Shown in pieces: positions 9,949-20,710 of a stretch of 64,000 nucleotides of DNA. Both the position numbers and the translations under genes were made by a program. The DNA comes from Bacteriovoracia bacterium (GTDB lineage Bacteria > Bdellovibrionota > UBA1018 > CAIPTA01). Each line of letters begins with the position of its first letter. The stretch's first letter is position 1. The DNA is taken from contig JBFWVL010000002.1 of NCBI GenBank assembly GCA_050246755.1, positions 320,001 to 384,000 of the forward strand. Reading direction: 5' to 3'. The notes beneath the pieces are model-generated. The model had not been told where the DNA came from, ran no database searches, and was given only the letters and a program-made list of their open reading frames with translations.

Positions 9949-10685
9949 GATTTCTTCCCTTGGTTAGCTACGGCCGCTGCTGCGGCTTTCGCCTTGGCTT
10001 CGTCGCCCAAATAATAGTGACGGATGGGTTTCATGCTCTCGTCTAACTCATATACGAGCGGAATACCCGTGGGAATATTGAGCTCCATGATATCGGCCTG
10101 GCTAATTCCATCCAGGTGCATTACCAGCGCGCGGAGGCTGTTTCCGTGGGCCGCAATGAGAATTTTCTGGCCGCGCTTCACTTCCGGCGCGATGGTCTTT
10201 TCCCAATAGGGAAGCATGCGGTCCACCGTCTGCTTCAGCGCTTCGCCGGCGGGCAGGTCCTTTACGCCCTGGTAGCGGGGATCATGGCTGGGATGGCGTT
10301 CATCTTTGGTTTCCAGCAGCGGGGGCAATACGTCGAAGCTCCTGCGCCAAATATGAACCTGCTCGTCGCCGTATTTGGCGGCTGTTTCGGATTTATTAAG
10401 TCCCTGAAGCGCGCCGTAGTGGCGTTCGTTTAGGCGCCAGCTTTTTTCCACCGGTACCCAGAGCAGGTCCATCTGATCCTGTACGATCCAGAGAGTACGG
10501 AGCGCGCGCTTGAGCACCGAGGTATAGGCGCGGTCGAACGTCAGGCCCGCTTCCTTGAGCAGTTTCCCGGCTTCGGCGGCCTCTTCCTGGCCTTTTTCAG
10601 AAAGGTCCACGTCGGTCCAGCCCGTGAAGCGATTCTCTTTATTCCAGGTGCTTTCTCCATGCCGCAATAATACCAATTTATACAT
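9945..10685 (-). CDS. gpmA: 2,3-bisphosphoglycerate-dependent phosphoglycerate mutase
   Basis: [31 protein letters not shown] and AHGNSLRAL motifs. Confidence 0.98.
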   Translation of the reverse strand: MYKLVLLRHGESTWNKENRFTGWTDVDLSEKGQEEAAEAGKLLKEAGLTFDRAYTSVLKRALRTLWIVQDQMDLLWVPVEKSWRLNERHYGALQGLNKSETAAKYGDEQVHIWRRSFDVLPPLLETKDERHPSHDPRYQGVKDLPAGEALKQTVDRMLPYWEKTIAPEVKRGQKILIAAHGNSLRALVMHLDGISQADIMELNIPTGIPLVYELDESMKPIRHYYLGDEAKAKAAAAAVANQGKKS

Positions 10686-10695
10686 TTTCTTTACC

Positions 10696-11922
10696 TCACT
10701 GGGCGAAGGTTTTTTCTACTTCGCTTCTTACATTTTTGTCGTCGAACAAACGGTCGTGGCTCAACTCGCTGTAAATCACCTTCGCGTTTTTCGCCAGTAA
10801 AGCAGGCAACACCGAAGAGGTGAGGGGCACCGTTCCGTCGCCCGGTGCATACAGTTCTTTTTCGGGTAAATTTCTCTTGGCTGGCTTATCCGTATCGAAG
10901 ATCAGCTCGCCGGAAGAGGGATCAAAAAACGCCGAGGTCAGTGTGTCCCGGTCTTTTCCTACCACGTTTATCACGCTCAGAGAGGCGGGAGGCAACGCGG
11001 TTTCGTGCACGAAATTTATCCGGTCGGCGAACTTTTTCGCCCTAGCCAGCTGCTCCACTGTAAATTTTACGCGGGCTAGGCGAATGCTCTCGGGAAGATC
11101 CCCACTACGCAATAGGCCCAGCTTATTTTTTTCCCAAAAATGAAAATCAGAAAGGTTCGCTGGTACCGGATTCTGGGCCAAATCTTTAAAGACGGCGGAA
11201 ACCGGCATCACCGCGTAGGAAGCCGGGAAAGAAGCCACGGTTTCGGCGGGCAAGAGCTTACGGTTCCAGGGAAAATCCGCGCCTCGCTGCATATTGCGGA
11301 ATACCGAGAAGCAACCCTGAAAAGGGGTGCCTAAAAAGATAATGCGCTCTATTTTCTTGGCTCCCGCCCAGTTCAGCTTCGCGATTTCTCGCGGCTGGCT
11401 TCCGTAACCCAAATAATAGCTGGCCACCATTCCGCCCATACTATGGGCCATAATCGTGATCTTGGAGACCCCCTTGGCCTGGAGGGCCTGCACCAGGGCC
11501 TCCAGCTGGTTTACCGCGAGGCTGAGATCCTTGCGCCAGTCGTAGGCCATCGGCACAACTTGCACTCCCGGCAACGACTGCGCGTATTTCACGAACTCGC
11601 CGTAAACGTCTACGTTATAAAAAATCGGCAGCACGGGAACTCCGCCGAAAAGGCCTTCTACTTCTAGCCGCGGGCCCGGCGGGGTAGCCAGCTCTTCCTG
11701 GAATAAACTGAGGGCGTTGCGGCCGAAAAGAATTTCCCGGGCCGAAAGGAATATTCGGCGCTGTGATTCCACATCGCGCAGCGTGCTGCCGTAGTAGCCG
11801 TGAATGAAAATCAGGGCCGGCCGGGAATCAAAGGTGGTTTGCTGCATAATCGAAGATTTCTCGGATCCACAGGCCAGCGCCACTAAGGCCACGATCACGA
11901 TGAATATACGCGGGAGCTTCAT
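10696..11922 (-). CDS. Lipase/acyltransferase (LCAT-like alpha/beta hydrolase), probable lipoprotein
   Basis: Lipobox-like ALAC; FIHG, YDWR, AHSMGG, GTPFQG and GDGTVP motifs. Confidence 0.85.
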   Translation of the reverse strand: MKLPRIFIVIVALVALACGSEKSSIMQQTTFDSRPALIFIHGYYGSTLRDVESQRRIFLSAREILFGRNALSLFQEELATPPGPRLEVEGLFGGVPVLPIFYNVDVYGEFVKYAQSLPGVQVVPMAYDWRKDLSLAVNQLEALVQALQAKGVSKITIMAHSMGGMVASYYLGYGSQPREIAKLNWAGAKKIERIIFLGTPFQGCFSVFRNMQRGADFPWNRKLLPAETVASFPASYAVMPVSAVFKDLAQNPVPANLSDFHFWEKNKLGLLRSGDLPESIRLARVKFTVEQLARAKKFADRINFVHETALPPASLSVINVVGKDRDTLTSAFFDPSSGELIFDTDKPAKRNLPEKELYAPGDGTVPLTSSVLPALLAKNAKVIYSELSHDRLFDDKNVRSEVEKTFAQ

Positions 11923-13140
11923 TCACACACTTTCGAACGTGCGCTGGATAATTTGGCAACTCTCGCGTACCTGCACCTCGTTGATTACCAGCGGAGGCGC
12001 TAAGCGGATGATATGGTCATGCGTCGGCTTGGCGAGCAGGCCGTTTTCTTTTAATTTCAGGCAAAGATCCCAAGCCTTAACGGGCGCTTGAGGATCCACC
12101 ACCACCGCGTTCATCAGGCCGCGGCCACGGACTTCCTGCACCCAGGGCTGTTTCACTTTTTTCATCTCCGAGCGGAATAGCTCGCCCATGCGCGCCGAAT
12201 TTTCTGTGAGCTTCTCGTCTCGCAATACTTCGAGCGCCGCCATGGCCACGCGGCAGGCTAGGGGATTTCCGCCGTAGGTGGAGCCATGCTCTCCCGGCTT
12301 TAAGTTCATCATCACTTCGTCGTCGCAGAGAACGGCCGAAACGGGCAGCACTCCGCCCGAGAGCGCTTTCCCGAGGATCAGGATATCGGGGCGCACGTTT
12401 TCGTGGTCGCAGGCGAGCAGCTTTCCGGTGCGACCGAGCCCGGTTTGCACTTCGTCGGCGATAAAGAGAACGTTATATTTTTCGCAGATCGCCTTGGCCT
12501 GGCGAAGGTAGCCTGCCGAGGGAATTACCACGCCGGCTTCTCCTTGAATCGGTTCCAGCATGAAAGCGGCTACGTTTTTGTCTTTACAGGCTTGTTCGAG
12601 CGCCTCGAGGTCGTCGTAGTTGATCACTTCGAAGCCCGGCATATAGGGGCCAAAGCCGGCGTACGAGGATGGATCCGTGGACGAAGAAATCGCGGCGAGG
12701 GTTCTGCCCCAGAAATTTCCCTTCGCGAAGAGAATTTTTGCCTGCTTATCCGCGATGCCTTTTTTAACGTAGCCCCAGCGGCGGGCCAGCTTAATGGCAG
12801 TCTCTCCGCCTTCCACGCCGGTATTCATGGGCAAAACACGCTGGTAACCGAAATACGAGGTGATGAATTTCGCGTATTCTCCCAATACGTCATTATAAAA
12901 CGCGCGAGAAGTGAGCGTAATACGTTGGGCTTGTTCGGTGAGCGCCGCGAGGATTTTGGGATGGCAATGGCCTTGATTCACCGCGGAGTAGGCGGCTAAG
13001 AAATCGAAGTATTTTTTTCCTTCGGGATCCCAGACGAAAATTCCTTCGCCGCGGGAAAGAACCACGGGAATGGGATGGTAATTATGGGCGCCGAATTTAT
13101 CTTCGAGCGCGATGGCTTCTTGGCTGGAGACGGTTTTCAT
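11923..13140 (-). CDS. rocD: Ornithine--oxo-acid aminotransferase
   Basis: [39 protein letters not shown] and LGKALSGG motifs. Start placed at MKTVSS. Confidence 0.96.
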   Translation of the reverse strand: MKTVSSQEAIALEDKFGAHNYHPIPVVLSRGEGIFVWDPEGKKYFDFLAAYSAVNQGHCHPKILAALTEQAQRITLTSRAFYNDVLGEYAKFITSYFGYQRVLPMNTGVEGGETAIKLARRWGYVKKGIADKQAKILFAKGNFWGRTLAAISSSTDPSSYAGFGPYMPGFEVINYDDLEALEQACKDKNVAAFMLEPIQGEAGVVIPSAGYLRQAKAICEKYNVLFIADEVQTGLGRTGKLLACDHENVRPDILILGKALSGGVLPVSAVLCDDEVMMNLKPGEHGSTYGGNPLACRVAMAALEVLRDEKLTENSARMGELFRSEMKKVKQPWVQEVRGRGLMNAVVVDPQAPVKAWDLCLKLKENGLLAKPTHDHIIRLAPPLVINEVQVRESCQIIQRTFESV

Positions 13141-13216
13141 CCCGGCAGCATAGCCTAGACGCGTCGAGTCAGTCCACGTTCCCCATGACCTCCCATAACG
13201 GGAAGCGAGGATAAAT

Positions 13217-13510
13217 TTAGAGAATATCCGCCTCTTCGAATTCATCCAAAACAATGCGCGCGGGCGCTTTCTCATCGAAAAAGGCCATTACCTTATCCAG
13301 TACGGCTTTGCCCTGATCGTGGCCGCCGGCGCAAAGAGAAACCGCGAGGGTCCCTCGCTCGGGATTGGCCACCATGTGCTCTTCCACCACCACGCACGAC
13401 ACGTTGAATTCTTTGCGCACTTCTTTCGACAGGGAGCGAAGGGAGCGTGCCTTAAATTCTTCGTCTTCGTTGTTGAAGAACTCGAATACGATTTTGCCGT
13501 GGAATGCCAC
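13217..13510 (-). CDS. DUF503/YlxP-like small protein
   Basis: K.R.LRSL...VRKEFNVS pattern and ~97 aa length; start at GTG 13510 is inferred. Confidence 0.55.
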   Translation of the reverse strand: MAFHGKIVFEFFNNEDEEFKARSLRSLSKEVRKEFNVSCVVVEEHMVANPERGTLAVSLCAGGHDQGKAVLDKVMAFFDEKAPARIVLDEFEEADIL

Positions 13511-13536
13511 CGGCTTATCTACCGAGCGGTGCTTAT

Positions 13537-14415
13537 TCAAGTTTGGGAACCCTGGGATTTGGCGGCGATCTTCTTGCGGTTCCCGATGATCCTGATCACC
13601 TCGGAAGCCGTCTCCTCGAGCGCTTTTCCGGAAACGTCGAATACCGGCCACTTGCGATTCTGGCGGAAAAGGTCCGTGGCGTATTCGATATCGGCGAGCA
13701 CATGTTCCATGCTCGCGTAGTTTTCGTTGCGGTGATCACGGGGATCTTTACCTAGGCGATCGAGCCGCGCTTTGCGGATCGTATGCAGCACTTCGGCTTG
13801 AATGGTGAGGCAGATGATCTTGTTGGGATCTACCTGCTGCAATTCGGGAGGCACGGGAATACCGCGCACGAGCGGAATATTTAGAACCTTATAGCCCTGC
13901 ATCGAGAGGTACATGGAGAGCGGAGTCTTGGAGGTACGGGAAATCCCGAGAATCACGATATCCGCTTCCTGGAGGCCGCTCAGGGTTTTCCCATCGTCGT
14001 GGTGGATCGTAAACTCCATAGCCGCGATCCGGCGGAAATACTGTTCGTCCACCACCCGGGTGAGGCCGGGCTGAGATTTTGGCTGCACCTCGAAGAAAAG
14101 CGCCATGGAGTTCAGCAAAGGCCCCAATAAATCGATGGCGGGAATATTGTGCTTTTGGGCTAGTTCCTGGATGGATTTTCTCAGCTCGGGCGACACGAGG
14201 GTATAAACCACGAGATCGTGACGCGGAACCGCGTCTTCGAAAATGGCCTCGATTTGCACTTGGGTGCGGATATTTTTATAGCGCGTGAAAGAAATCTCGC
14301 GATTCGAGAACTGCACCACGGCCGCTTTCGTCATGAGCGAGGCCGTTTCTCCGGTTCCATCCGAGATGATGATGATCTTGATGTCGTCCTGGTGGGGCTG
14401 GGAGTGTTCGGTCAT
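13537..14415 (-). CDS. PEP synthase/PPDK regulatory kinase-pyrophosphorylase (DUF299)
   Basis: ISDGTGETA, YFRRIAAMEF..HDDG and GISRTSKTPLS motifs. Confidence 0.95.
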   Translation of the reverse strand: MTEHSQPHQDDIKIIIISDGTGETASLMTKAAVVQFSNREISFTRYKNIRTQVQIEAIFEDAVPRHDLVVYTLVSPELRKSIQELAQKHNIPAIDLLGPLLNSMALFFEVQPKSQPGLTRVVDEQYFRRIAAMEFTIHHDDGKTLSGLQEADIVILGISRTSKTPLSMYLSMQGYKVLNIPLVRGIPVPPELQQVDPNKIICLTIQAEVLHTIRKARLDRLGKDPRDHRNENYASMEHVLADIEYATDLFRQNRKWPVFDVSGKALEETASEVIRIIGNRKKIAAKSQGSQT

Positions 14416-14489
14416 AGGGAAGATAGTAGTGTAGAAACGGTAAGGCGGCTAGGCTTAGCCCATTACGCGGCGTGTGATGGCGGAAGATT

Positions 14490-14699
14490 TTAGGCGATCA
14501 CCTTGATCTGCTGGCCATTAAATGAAACTACCTGCCCAGCACGAATTTTTTTCCCGCGCCGGATTTCGAGCGCGCCGTCCACGGTAACCTGGCCGGAAAC
14601 GATCACGGCCTTGGCGGCGCCGCCACTATCGCTCAGTCCGCTGGCCTTGAGCAGTGCTTGCAGGGTAATAAATTCTTCGCCTTCTAGTTTGAATTCCAT
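14490..14699 (-). CDS. S4-domain RNA-binding protein (YbcJ/YaaA family)
   Basis: FITLQALLK..G..DSGGAAK..I..G.V.VDG..E.RRGKKI. Confidence 0.92.
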   Translation of the reverse strand: MEFKLEGEEFITLQALLKASGLSDSGGAAKAVIVSGQVTVDGALEIRRGKKIRAGQVVSFNGQQIKVIA

Positions 14700-14719
14700 A
14701 ATTCTTCTATCCTGGGCTC

Positions 14720-15025
14720 ATGCGCATCCGGCAAATGGGATTTTCTTCCAGACTCATAGCACACCGCCATCTCCTCACGCTCGAGACTTTGAAGTTCATC
14801 GTAGAATATTTGGAAGACGGGAACGCCAAAAGCGCTGCGATTCGCGCTGGTATTCCCGAAACCTACGCTACCCGGCAAGGAAACTGGCTCAAGAAGCTGC
14901 CAATCGTGAAAAAAGCCCTCGAAACCGATACTAACGAGCGCGACCTCAAAAAGCTCCAGTCTGCGCTCGCCGTGATCGAAGAGAAAATGCGGGAATGTAA
15001 AGCGATTCTTGGGATGGACGCTTAA
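14720..15025 (+). CDS. Terminase small-subunit-like HTH protein (orphan)
   Basis: F..EYL.DGNA..AAIRAG....A...G..L...P.V matches the N-terminal HTH of Terminase_2-type TerS. Confidence 0.5.
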   Translation: MRIRQMGFSSRLIAHRHLLTLETLKFIVEYLEDGNAKSAAIRAGIPETYATRQGNWLKKLPIVKKALETDTNERDLKKLQSALAVIEEKMRECKAILGMDA

Positions 15026-15113
15026 GCAACCCAGCAGCGCGTTAACACCCAGTCATTTTCCACTAGGCAGGAAAAGCTTTGCTTCCACGTGGTCTCAATT
15101 TATATATCTCTGC

Positions 15114-16496
15114 ATGAAAAAACTCTTCATCTTCGCCTCCATTTTTAGCGCGCTCTCCGCCCAGGCAAGCCCTTCCGTTGCCAACGAAATAAATGCGGAA
15201 ATCACGAAGCGGCTCCTTACCGTGATGAGCTCGAACGGATGCAGCGAGAGGATTTGGCCCGGATACTCCTGGGAAAATCTAACCGTAGTTTTTATCGGAG
15301 ACGAAGTGCACCAGGCTTTTTCGGCCAAAGAGAAGCGCGTCTTCAGCGTCAGCTCCGACCAGCTTCCCTCGGCCGCCATAAAAACCGCCTACTTTTTCTT
15401 CAAACAGAAAGACGGAAGCGAGTGGATGTCCATCAATACGGCCCTGGACCTCAGCACCGGGCCCAAAAGAAATCCGGAAGAAGTGGCGAAAGACAACTTT
15501 CGCCTGGCGATCCACGAAGGGTTCCACTGGGTCGCCCAAAAAAATTGGCATATCTACGAAGGAAACCGGGGCACGGAACTTCCCATTCGCTGGGAGCCTC
15601 GATTGTACCGTTCGATCATGTTCAGCCAGCTGAAAGCCGCTCTGGCCGAAAAAAACCAAACGGAAACGCAGCTGAGAAAAGCACGCTACTGGTACGACCG
15701 CTGGTCGAGCGAGTATCCCGATGAAGTGATCAGCACCGCCGACGGATACGAAGGCTCGGCCCGTTACTCCGACTGGACTGGATACGCCCTTTCTGAACTA
15801 GGCTGCGATGCTTCCGAAGCGCAGCTGTCTGTGTTCGTGCAATCCATCCTCGATTCGAATTACGGTTTTGCCATGAACGGCGATCTGTTTGCCTTCGACG
15901 TGGAAGGGTACGAATTGGGCAGCCTGGCGGCTTTTCTATTGCGCCGAGACTACGTAAACGACGATTGGCAGGAAAAATTATCCGAAGGACAAAGCCCGGT
16001 CGCCATCTTACTCGAAAAATTTAGCCCCGTTTTTTCCGAGCCGGACCTCGCCATGCAGCAGAAGTTTAAGGACTCGGGTAAAAAGTTTCAGGAAGAGGCG
16101 GATAAATTGGTCGGTCATGCTACGGCTTTGCTAGCGGCACACGGTACTGTCTTCGTCAGCATTCCCCGGTCTTGGTATCTAGGCAGTTTTTCTCCTCTGG
16201 GATTTTTTATCGATCGCGCCACTAATATACAGCTCGTACCGATGGGAATGCCGCTTACTTTCACGAGCCCTAGCGGGACGTCGGCCATGAGATCGGAGCT
16301 CAATGCAGTTTTCCTGAGCAATCCCCAGGCGCCGTGCGGATCCCCATCGGACTGGCAATTCGCGGTCTCCGGCACAAAAATACACTTTTCTGAAACCGGC
16401 CAGGCCAGGCTCGAGGATTCTTTTTTTAGCGGCAATCTTTCCGGCGTCACCGCTCAAAGCGCAACGGGCGCGCAGTGGTTCTGTGCCGGCGAATAA
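15114..16496 (+). CDS. Secreted HEXXH metallopeptidase-like protein
   Basis: Signal peptide MKKLFIFASIFSALSAQA; HEGFH with a downstream EGSARY. Confidence 0.55.
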   Translation: MKKLFIFASIFSALSAQASPSVANEINAEITKRLLTVMSSNGCSERIWPGYSWENLTVVFIGDEVHQAFSAKEKRVFSVSSDQLPSAAIKTAYFFFKQKDGSEWMSINTALDLSTGPKRNPEEVAKDNFRLAIHEGFHWVAQKNWHIYEGNRGTELPIRWEPRLYRSIMFSQLKAALAEKNQTETQLRKARYWYDRWSSEYPDEVISTADGYEGSARYSDWTGYALSELGCDASEAQLSVFVQSILDSNYGFAMNGDLFAFDVEGYELGSLAAFLLRRDYVNDDWQEKLSEGQSPVAILLEKFSPVFSEPDLAMQQKFKDSGKKFQEEADKLVGHATALLAAHGTVFVSIPRSWYLGSFSPLGFFIDRATNIQLVPMGMPLTFTSPSGTSAMRSELNAVFLSNPQAPCGSPSDWQFAVSGTKIHFSETGQARLEDSFFSGNLSGVTAQSATGAQWFCAGE

Positions 16497-17453
16497 CTAA
16501 ATCAGTTTTAGGCTTGATCTCAGCGCCGGAAGAAATTCCGGCTCTAGCCATTCCACGTCGCGCTCGCCGCGGAACCAGGTCATCTGCGCTTTCGCGAGCT
16601 TGCGGGTAGAGAAGAAAATTTTTCCTTCGAGCTCCTCGGTGGCGTTACCCAAAATCGCTTCCACGGCTTCTTTATAGCCCACGCTGCGCATGGGCTTTGC
16701 GTCCGGAGCAACGCCGGCATCCAATAGCTTCCGCACTTCTCGCTCGATGCCTTGCTTCACCATCAATGCCGTACGCGCCCGGATACGGGCTTCCAGCTCA
16801 TCTTTCGGCAGCTGCAGGCAAAAATAACGGAAATCGGGGTAACGTGGTTCGGCCACGCGGGCTTCGCGGTTGAGCTCGCTCCAAGGTTTTCCGTAGAGCT
16901 CCATGGCCTGCAAAGCACGGATCACGCGGTAATGATCGTTGCTATGGATCGTAGAAACGGATTGGGGATCCTTCGTCACGAGCTCGCGGTACATCTCATC
17001 CCAGCCCACGGATTCGGCCTTTTTCAACAGAGCGCGCTTTACCGCCGCCGCTCGCTCTTCGGGCTCATCGTCGCTCGAAGCCATGCCCCAGAGCAGGGCG
17101 CGGAGGTAGAAACCAGTTCCGCCCACCAAAATGGGGATGATTTTTTTCGCGTGCAGCTCCGCGATCTTTTCCTGGGCGATGCGCACGAAATCGCCGGCGG
17201 TGAAATCTTCGGCGGGGTCCGCCATATCGATCAGATGGTGAGGAACGAGGCGTTGTTCTTCTTTCGTGGGCTTGGCCGCGCCGATTTCGAATCCGCGGAA
17301 TACGGTGATCGAATCCGCGCAGAGAATTTCTGCCCGGCGGTTCATGGATTTCAGTTTCAGCGCAAATTCCACGGCGAGAGAAGATTTTCCGCTGGCGGTA
17401 GGGCCGGCGATTACGAGAACGGGCTTCTCGCCCAAGGCACGAATGGTTTTCAC
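16497..17453 (-). CDS. miaA: tRNA dimethylallyltransferase
   Basis: GPTASGKS, VPHHLID, VGGTGFY and AKAQMTWFR motifs. GTG 17453 overlaps the mutL stop (GTGA). Confidence 0.96.
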   Translation of the reverse strand: MKTIRALGEKPVLVIAGPTASGKSSLAVEFALKLKSMNRRAEILCADSITVFRGFEIGAAKPTKEEQRLVPHHLIDMADPAEDFTAGDFVRIAQEKIAELHAKKIIPILVGGTGFYLRALLWGMASSDDEPEERAAAVKRALLKKAESVGWDEMYRELVTKDPQSVSTIHSNDHYRVIRALQAMELYGKPWSELNREARVAEPRYPDFRYFCLQLPKDELEARIRARTALMVKQGIEREVRKLLDAGVAPDAKPMRSVGYKEAVEAILGNATEELEGKIFFSTRKLAKAQMTWFRGERDVEWLEPEFLPALRSSLKLI

Positions 17454-19324
17454 AAGGTTCTCTTGAACATTCTCTCGATTTCGCCCCATTTGAACCGCAG
17501 CGTAGTGGGGCGCCCATGGGGGCAATGCCCGGAGAAATCCGTATCGCTCATTTGCTCCAAAAGGGCATAGGCTTCTTGGGGCGCCATGCTGCGGCCGGCG
17601 CGCACCGAACCGTGGCAGCTTTCGCTCGCGATCACCTCGAGCATTTTATCGAGCAGGGCATCGGCGAGCTGGCCTTCACCCGGCATTTCTTCCCAGGATT
17701 GGCAGAGTTTACGCAGAAACTCTCCGATCGGCAGTACGGGGCTGCCATCGGCACGCAAAAGCAGAGCGGGCAATTCACGCACGGCTACCACGGTGGGGCC
17801 GGTACGATCGAGACTCAAGCCCCATTCGGCGAATTTTGGAAATTCACTTTCCATGCGATCGAGGGCGTTGCGGGGAAGCTCCACTTGAATGGGAATCAGG
17901 AGCGGGGCGCCTTCGCGCTTGGCCAAGCGATTGCGCTTCAGGCGTTCGTAGGTAACGCGCTCGTGGGCGGCATGCTGGTCCACGAGCAAGAGACCGTCTT
18001 CATCCTGGCAAACCAAGTAGGTATTGCGGAGGGTGCCCAAGAACTGCGGGCGATTCGAATTGGATTCCGCTGCGCGCACGGCGCTCGAAAATTCTTGGGA
18101 AAAATTATTGCCCGGAAACGAAGCCGGGGAGGAAGCGTAAGAATGGGAGGAAGATTGCGGCTCCGAAAAATTCTGGCTTGGCTTCGCCGCCCTCTGGTGG
18201 AACTGCGTGGTTCCTCCAGAAAAAAGAGGCGCGGTAGTTTGGGCCGCATATTCAGGGGCGGAAAAGGGCATTCGTTCGCCCGAGGCATCAACTAGGTCCA
18301 CGGATTCTCGGCGATCGCCGGCGAGGGCTTTTTCCAGGTGTTTCCTCAGGAAACCAAAAATATGCCCGGGCTCGCGGAAACGCACCTCCGCTTTCGTGGG
18401 GTGTACGTTTACGTCCACGTAATTGGCCGGCATCTCGAGATCAAAAACCAGCTGAGGGTATACCCGCCCGAATAAAGTTTCTTTCGCCGCCGCTAAGATA
18501 GCCTGCTGCAATAGCTTATCCTTCACCGAGCGCTGATTCACGAAAGTGAGAATCCCGCGGGAAGATGGAATGAAATGCGAGGAGGGCAAGATCCAGGCGC
18601 GTAGCTTTAGCGGAAAGCTTTCGGCTTCCACCTTCAGGAGGGTTTCCACCTCGAGCTTCAGGTTCCAGGCTTCGCGGTATACCTGCACGATCCGCTCTTC
18701 ACGGGACTTCGTGGCGGGATAATGGAAAGCTTTTTCCCCGTCTTGCCAGGCTTCGAACTGCACTTCGGGGCTGCCGAGCGCCAGGCGGTGCAAGGTTTGC
18801 CAGCAATGCGCCGTTTCGGCGCCGGTGCTTTTCAAGAATTTTTTGCGCGCGGGAGTATTGTAGAAGAGATCCTGCACGCGCACGGTGGTGCCCACGGTGC
18901 GGGCCACCGAGCGATCGTCCACTAGGGTTCCGCCTTCGAGCACGATCTCCCGGGCGGTATTGGCTTCGGCTCTTCTCGAAGCAATACTCAAGCGCGAAAC
19001 GGCCGCGATCGAGGCGAGGGCCTCCCCGCGAAATCCCCAGGAGCGGATTTCGAAGAGGTCTTCGGGTTTGGAAATTTTGGAAGTGGCGTGGCGATCTAGG
19101 GCCAGAGGCAGATCTTCCGCGTGGATACCGGAACCATCATCGGCCACTTCGAGTAATTCAATGCCACCGCCGCGCAAATGCACGCGGATCTGCGTGGCTC
19201 CCGCATCGAGGGAGTTTTCCATCAGCTCTTTTAGGGCAGCGCCCGGTCTTTCTACCACCTCGCCGGCGGCGATTTGGTTGGCAAGCTGATCGGGTAGGCG
19301 AAGGATCCGGGTGGTTGAATTCAC
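17450..19324 (-). CDS. mutL: DNA mismatch repair endonuclease MutL
   Basis: NQIAAGEVVERP, GFRGEALASI, VDVNVHPTK, DQHAAHER and CPHGRP motifs. Start is GTG 19324 or ATG 19345. Confidence 0.98.
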   Translation of the reverse strand: MNSTTRILRLPDQLANQIAAGEVVERPGAALKELMENSLDAGATQIRVHLRGGGIELLEVADDGSGIHAEDLPLALDRHATSKISKPEDLFEIRSWGFRGEALASIAAVSRLSIASRRAEANTAREIVLEGGTLVDDRSVARTVGTTVRVQDLFYNTPARKKFLKSTGAETAHCWQTLHRLALGSPEVQFEAWQDGEKAFHYPATKSREERIVQVYREAWNLKLEVETLLKVEAESFPLKLRAWILPSSHFIPSSRGILTFVNQRSVKDKLLQQAILAAAKETLFGRVYPQLVFDLEMPANYVDVNVHPTKAEVRFREPGHIFGFLRKHLEKALAGDRRESVDLVDASGERMPFSAPEYAAQTTAPLFSGGTTQFHQRAAKPSQNFSEPQSSSHSYASSPASFPGNNFSQEFSSAVRAAESNSNRPQFLGTLRNTYLVCQDEDGLLLVDQHAAHERVTYERLKRNRLAKREGAPLLIPIQVELPRNALDRMESEFPKFAEWGLSLDRTGPTVVAVRELPALLLRADGSPVLPIGEFLRKLCQSWEEMPGEGQLADALLDKMLEVIASESCHGSVRAGRSMAPQEAYALLEQMSDTDFSGHCPHGRPTTLRFKWGEIERMFKRTL

Positions 19325-19445
19325 GTCCCGTTTACACCATGGCATCGAACTATTGTCGATGATAACGCGGAGCAGGGATTCGATAAAGTTCAGGGCTTTT
19401 GAGGGCGCGGGCTAGTTGAAACCGGGGACTTGGTAATAGCCCCTG

Positions 19446-20477
19446 TTAAATCCTATTAGGATTTATATAAGACGGTTTGCTCGTAGAATAATGTCGCAAA
19501 CGGTTTCTGCATGCTTCCTTTGAATACTGGATGCGCCCCTCTTTGTTCAGGATTTGCTTGATCAAAGTTAATAGGGCTATTTTTAAGGTTTTCTCATTCT
19601 GAATATTGCCGTCTTCTGCCTGAGCATAAAGCCGATCTAATCCTTTCGGTTCCTTACCTTGGAAGACTTCAAGCCAACGGGAAGGTGGCGTATAAGAGAC
19701 GACTCTTTGGCCCGACTTATACCTAATTAGATCACGCACCACTTCATCGTAAATCTCCGCGGTTCCGTAAGAGAAGCTGTCTATCGTAGAAGATTCGTTA
19801 AATATAAACTCTCGATATCTTATTTTTGCCGCCACTCCTCCTTCCGGAGGAACGCCATACTTGTGGGCAACGAAAGGTGTGCCTTCTTTCATTTTGAACC
19901 TAATAAGATAGGGACCGTACCCATACGTAGATACCGCTGAACCTGAAGTAAAAATGAATCCGCCAGGAATGTCTGGGTTGACCCAGTGAGGCCAGGTAGC
20001 ATTGTCGGCTAGGTTGCGTGAGACCGCCTGCATTTTCGCTAAAGATCCCCAGCTATATAGAGTATCCGGCTTGCACCTTTCCGGTAAGGCCTCTCCAACC
20101 TCTAGCTTTAGTTTTTCCATGGGAGCAGTCTCGCAGGCGAAAATCGCGGGATCCGGTAATGATTTATTGAAATCGGCTGGATACCAAAGCTTTAAAAAAT
20201 CTTCTAACGGCGCTGAGGCTCCCCGAGACAGGAGTTTTTGAAAATATTTGTAATTTGGTGAAGAATCAGCGGCGATGGGCCCTAAGTTTTCTTCGCAAGC
20301 TTCCTCGGAAAAGTTTTGCTTTTCAACTTCACAGACTGGAGTGGCGGATACCGATCCTTGATTAATTTTTTCGAGATGAAAAAGGGCGCTTTTGATTTCG
20401 TCGGCAGCAAAGGCAAAATGCCCAAAGTAGTAGCTGCTAGTTATTAGAAAAATTGAAATTGTTCGAAAACAGCGCAC
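19446..20477 (-). CDS. Secreted hypothetical protein, possibly ADP-ribosyltransferase-like fold
   Basis: Signal-like N-terminus ending AFA; visibly AT-richer than its flanks; LYSWG / FIFTS.S...YG / LIRF / EFIF pattern. Confidence 0.45.
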   Translation of the reverse strand: MRCFRTISIFLITSSYYFGHFAFAADEIKSALFHLEKINQGSVSATPVCEVEKQNFSEEACEENLGPIAADSSPNYKYFQKLLSRGASAPLEDFLKLWYPADFNKSLPDPAIFACETAPMEKLKLEVGEALPERCKPDTLYSWGSLAKMQAVSRNLADNATWPHWVNPDIPGGFIFTSGSAVSTYGYGPYLIRFKMKEGTPFVAHKYGVPPEGGVAAKIRYREFIFNESSTIDSFSYGTAEIYDEVVRDLIRYKSGQRVVSYTPPSRWLEVFQGKEPKGLDRLYAQAEDGNIQNEKTLKIALLTLIKQILNKEGRIQYSKEACRNRLRHYSTSKPSYINPNRI

Positions 20478-20653
20478 TGATTTCTAATCGGGTCTAACTC
20501 TTAAAACAGTGAGATTAAAAAACCGAGCGCCGCCGGTAACGTGTGAGAACTAGCCCACTTGATTGGTTCTATGCGGGCTTATTCCACAAGGCCTTGAGGC
20601 GATTGTATAATTAAAAAAGCCCAGGGATGCCGAGGGAATTTAAGTACATGACG

Positions 20654-20684
20654 AAAAAAGAGCCACGGCATATAACCGTGGCTC
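20654..20684 (-). terminator. Rho-independent terminator of the STAS gene
   Basis: GAGCCACGG/CCGTGGCTC 9-bp stem, 7-nt loop, A6 on the plus strand (U tract on the minus strand). Confidence 0.85.
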
Positions 20685-20710
20685 CTGCGTAATGGCTGCT
20701 ACTAAGAAAT

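Noticed and set aside
14720-16496. Prophage
   Set aside because: Only one TerS-like ORF; no large terminase, portal, capsid or tail genes.
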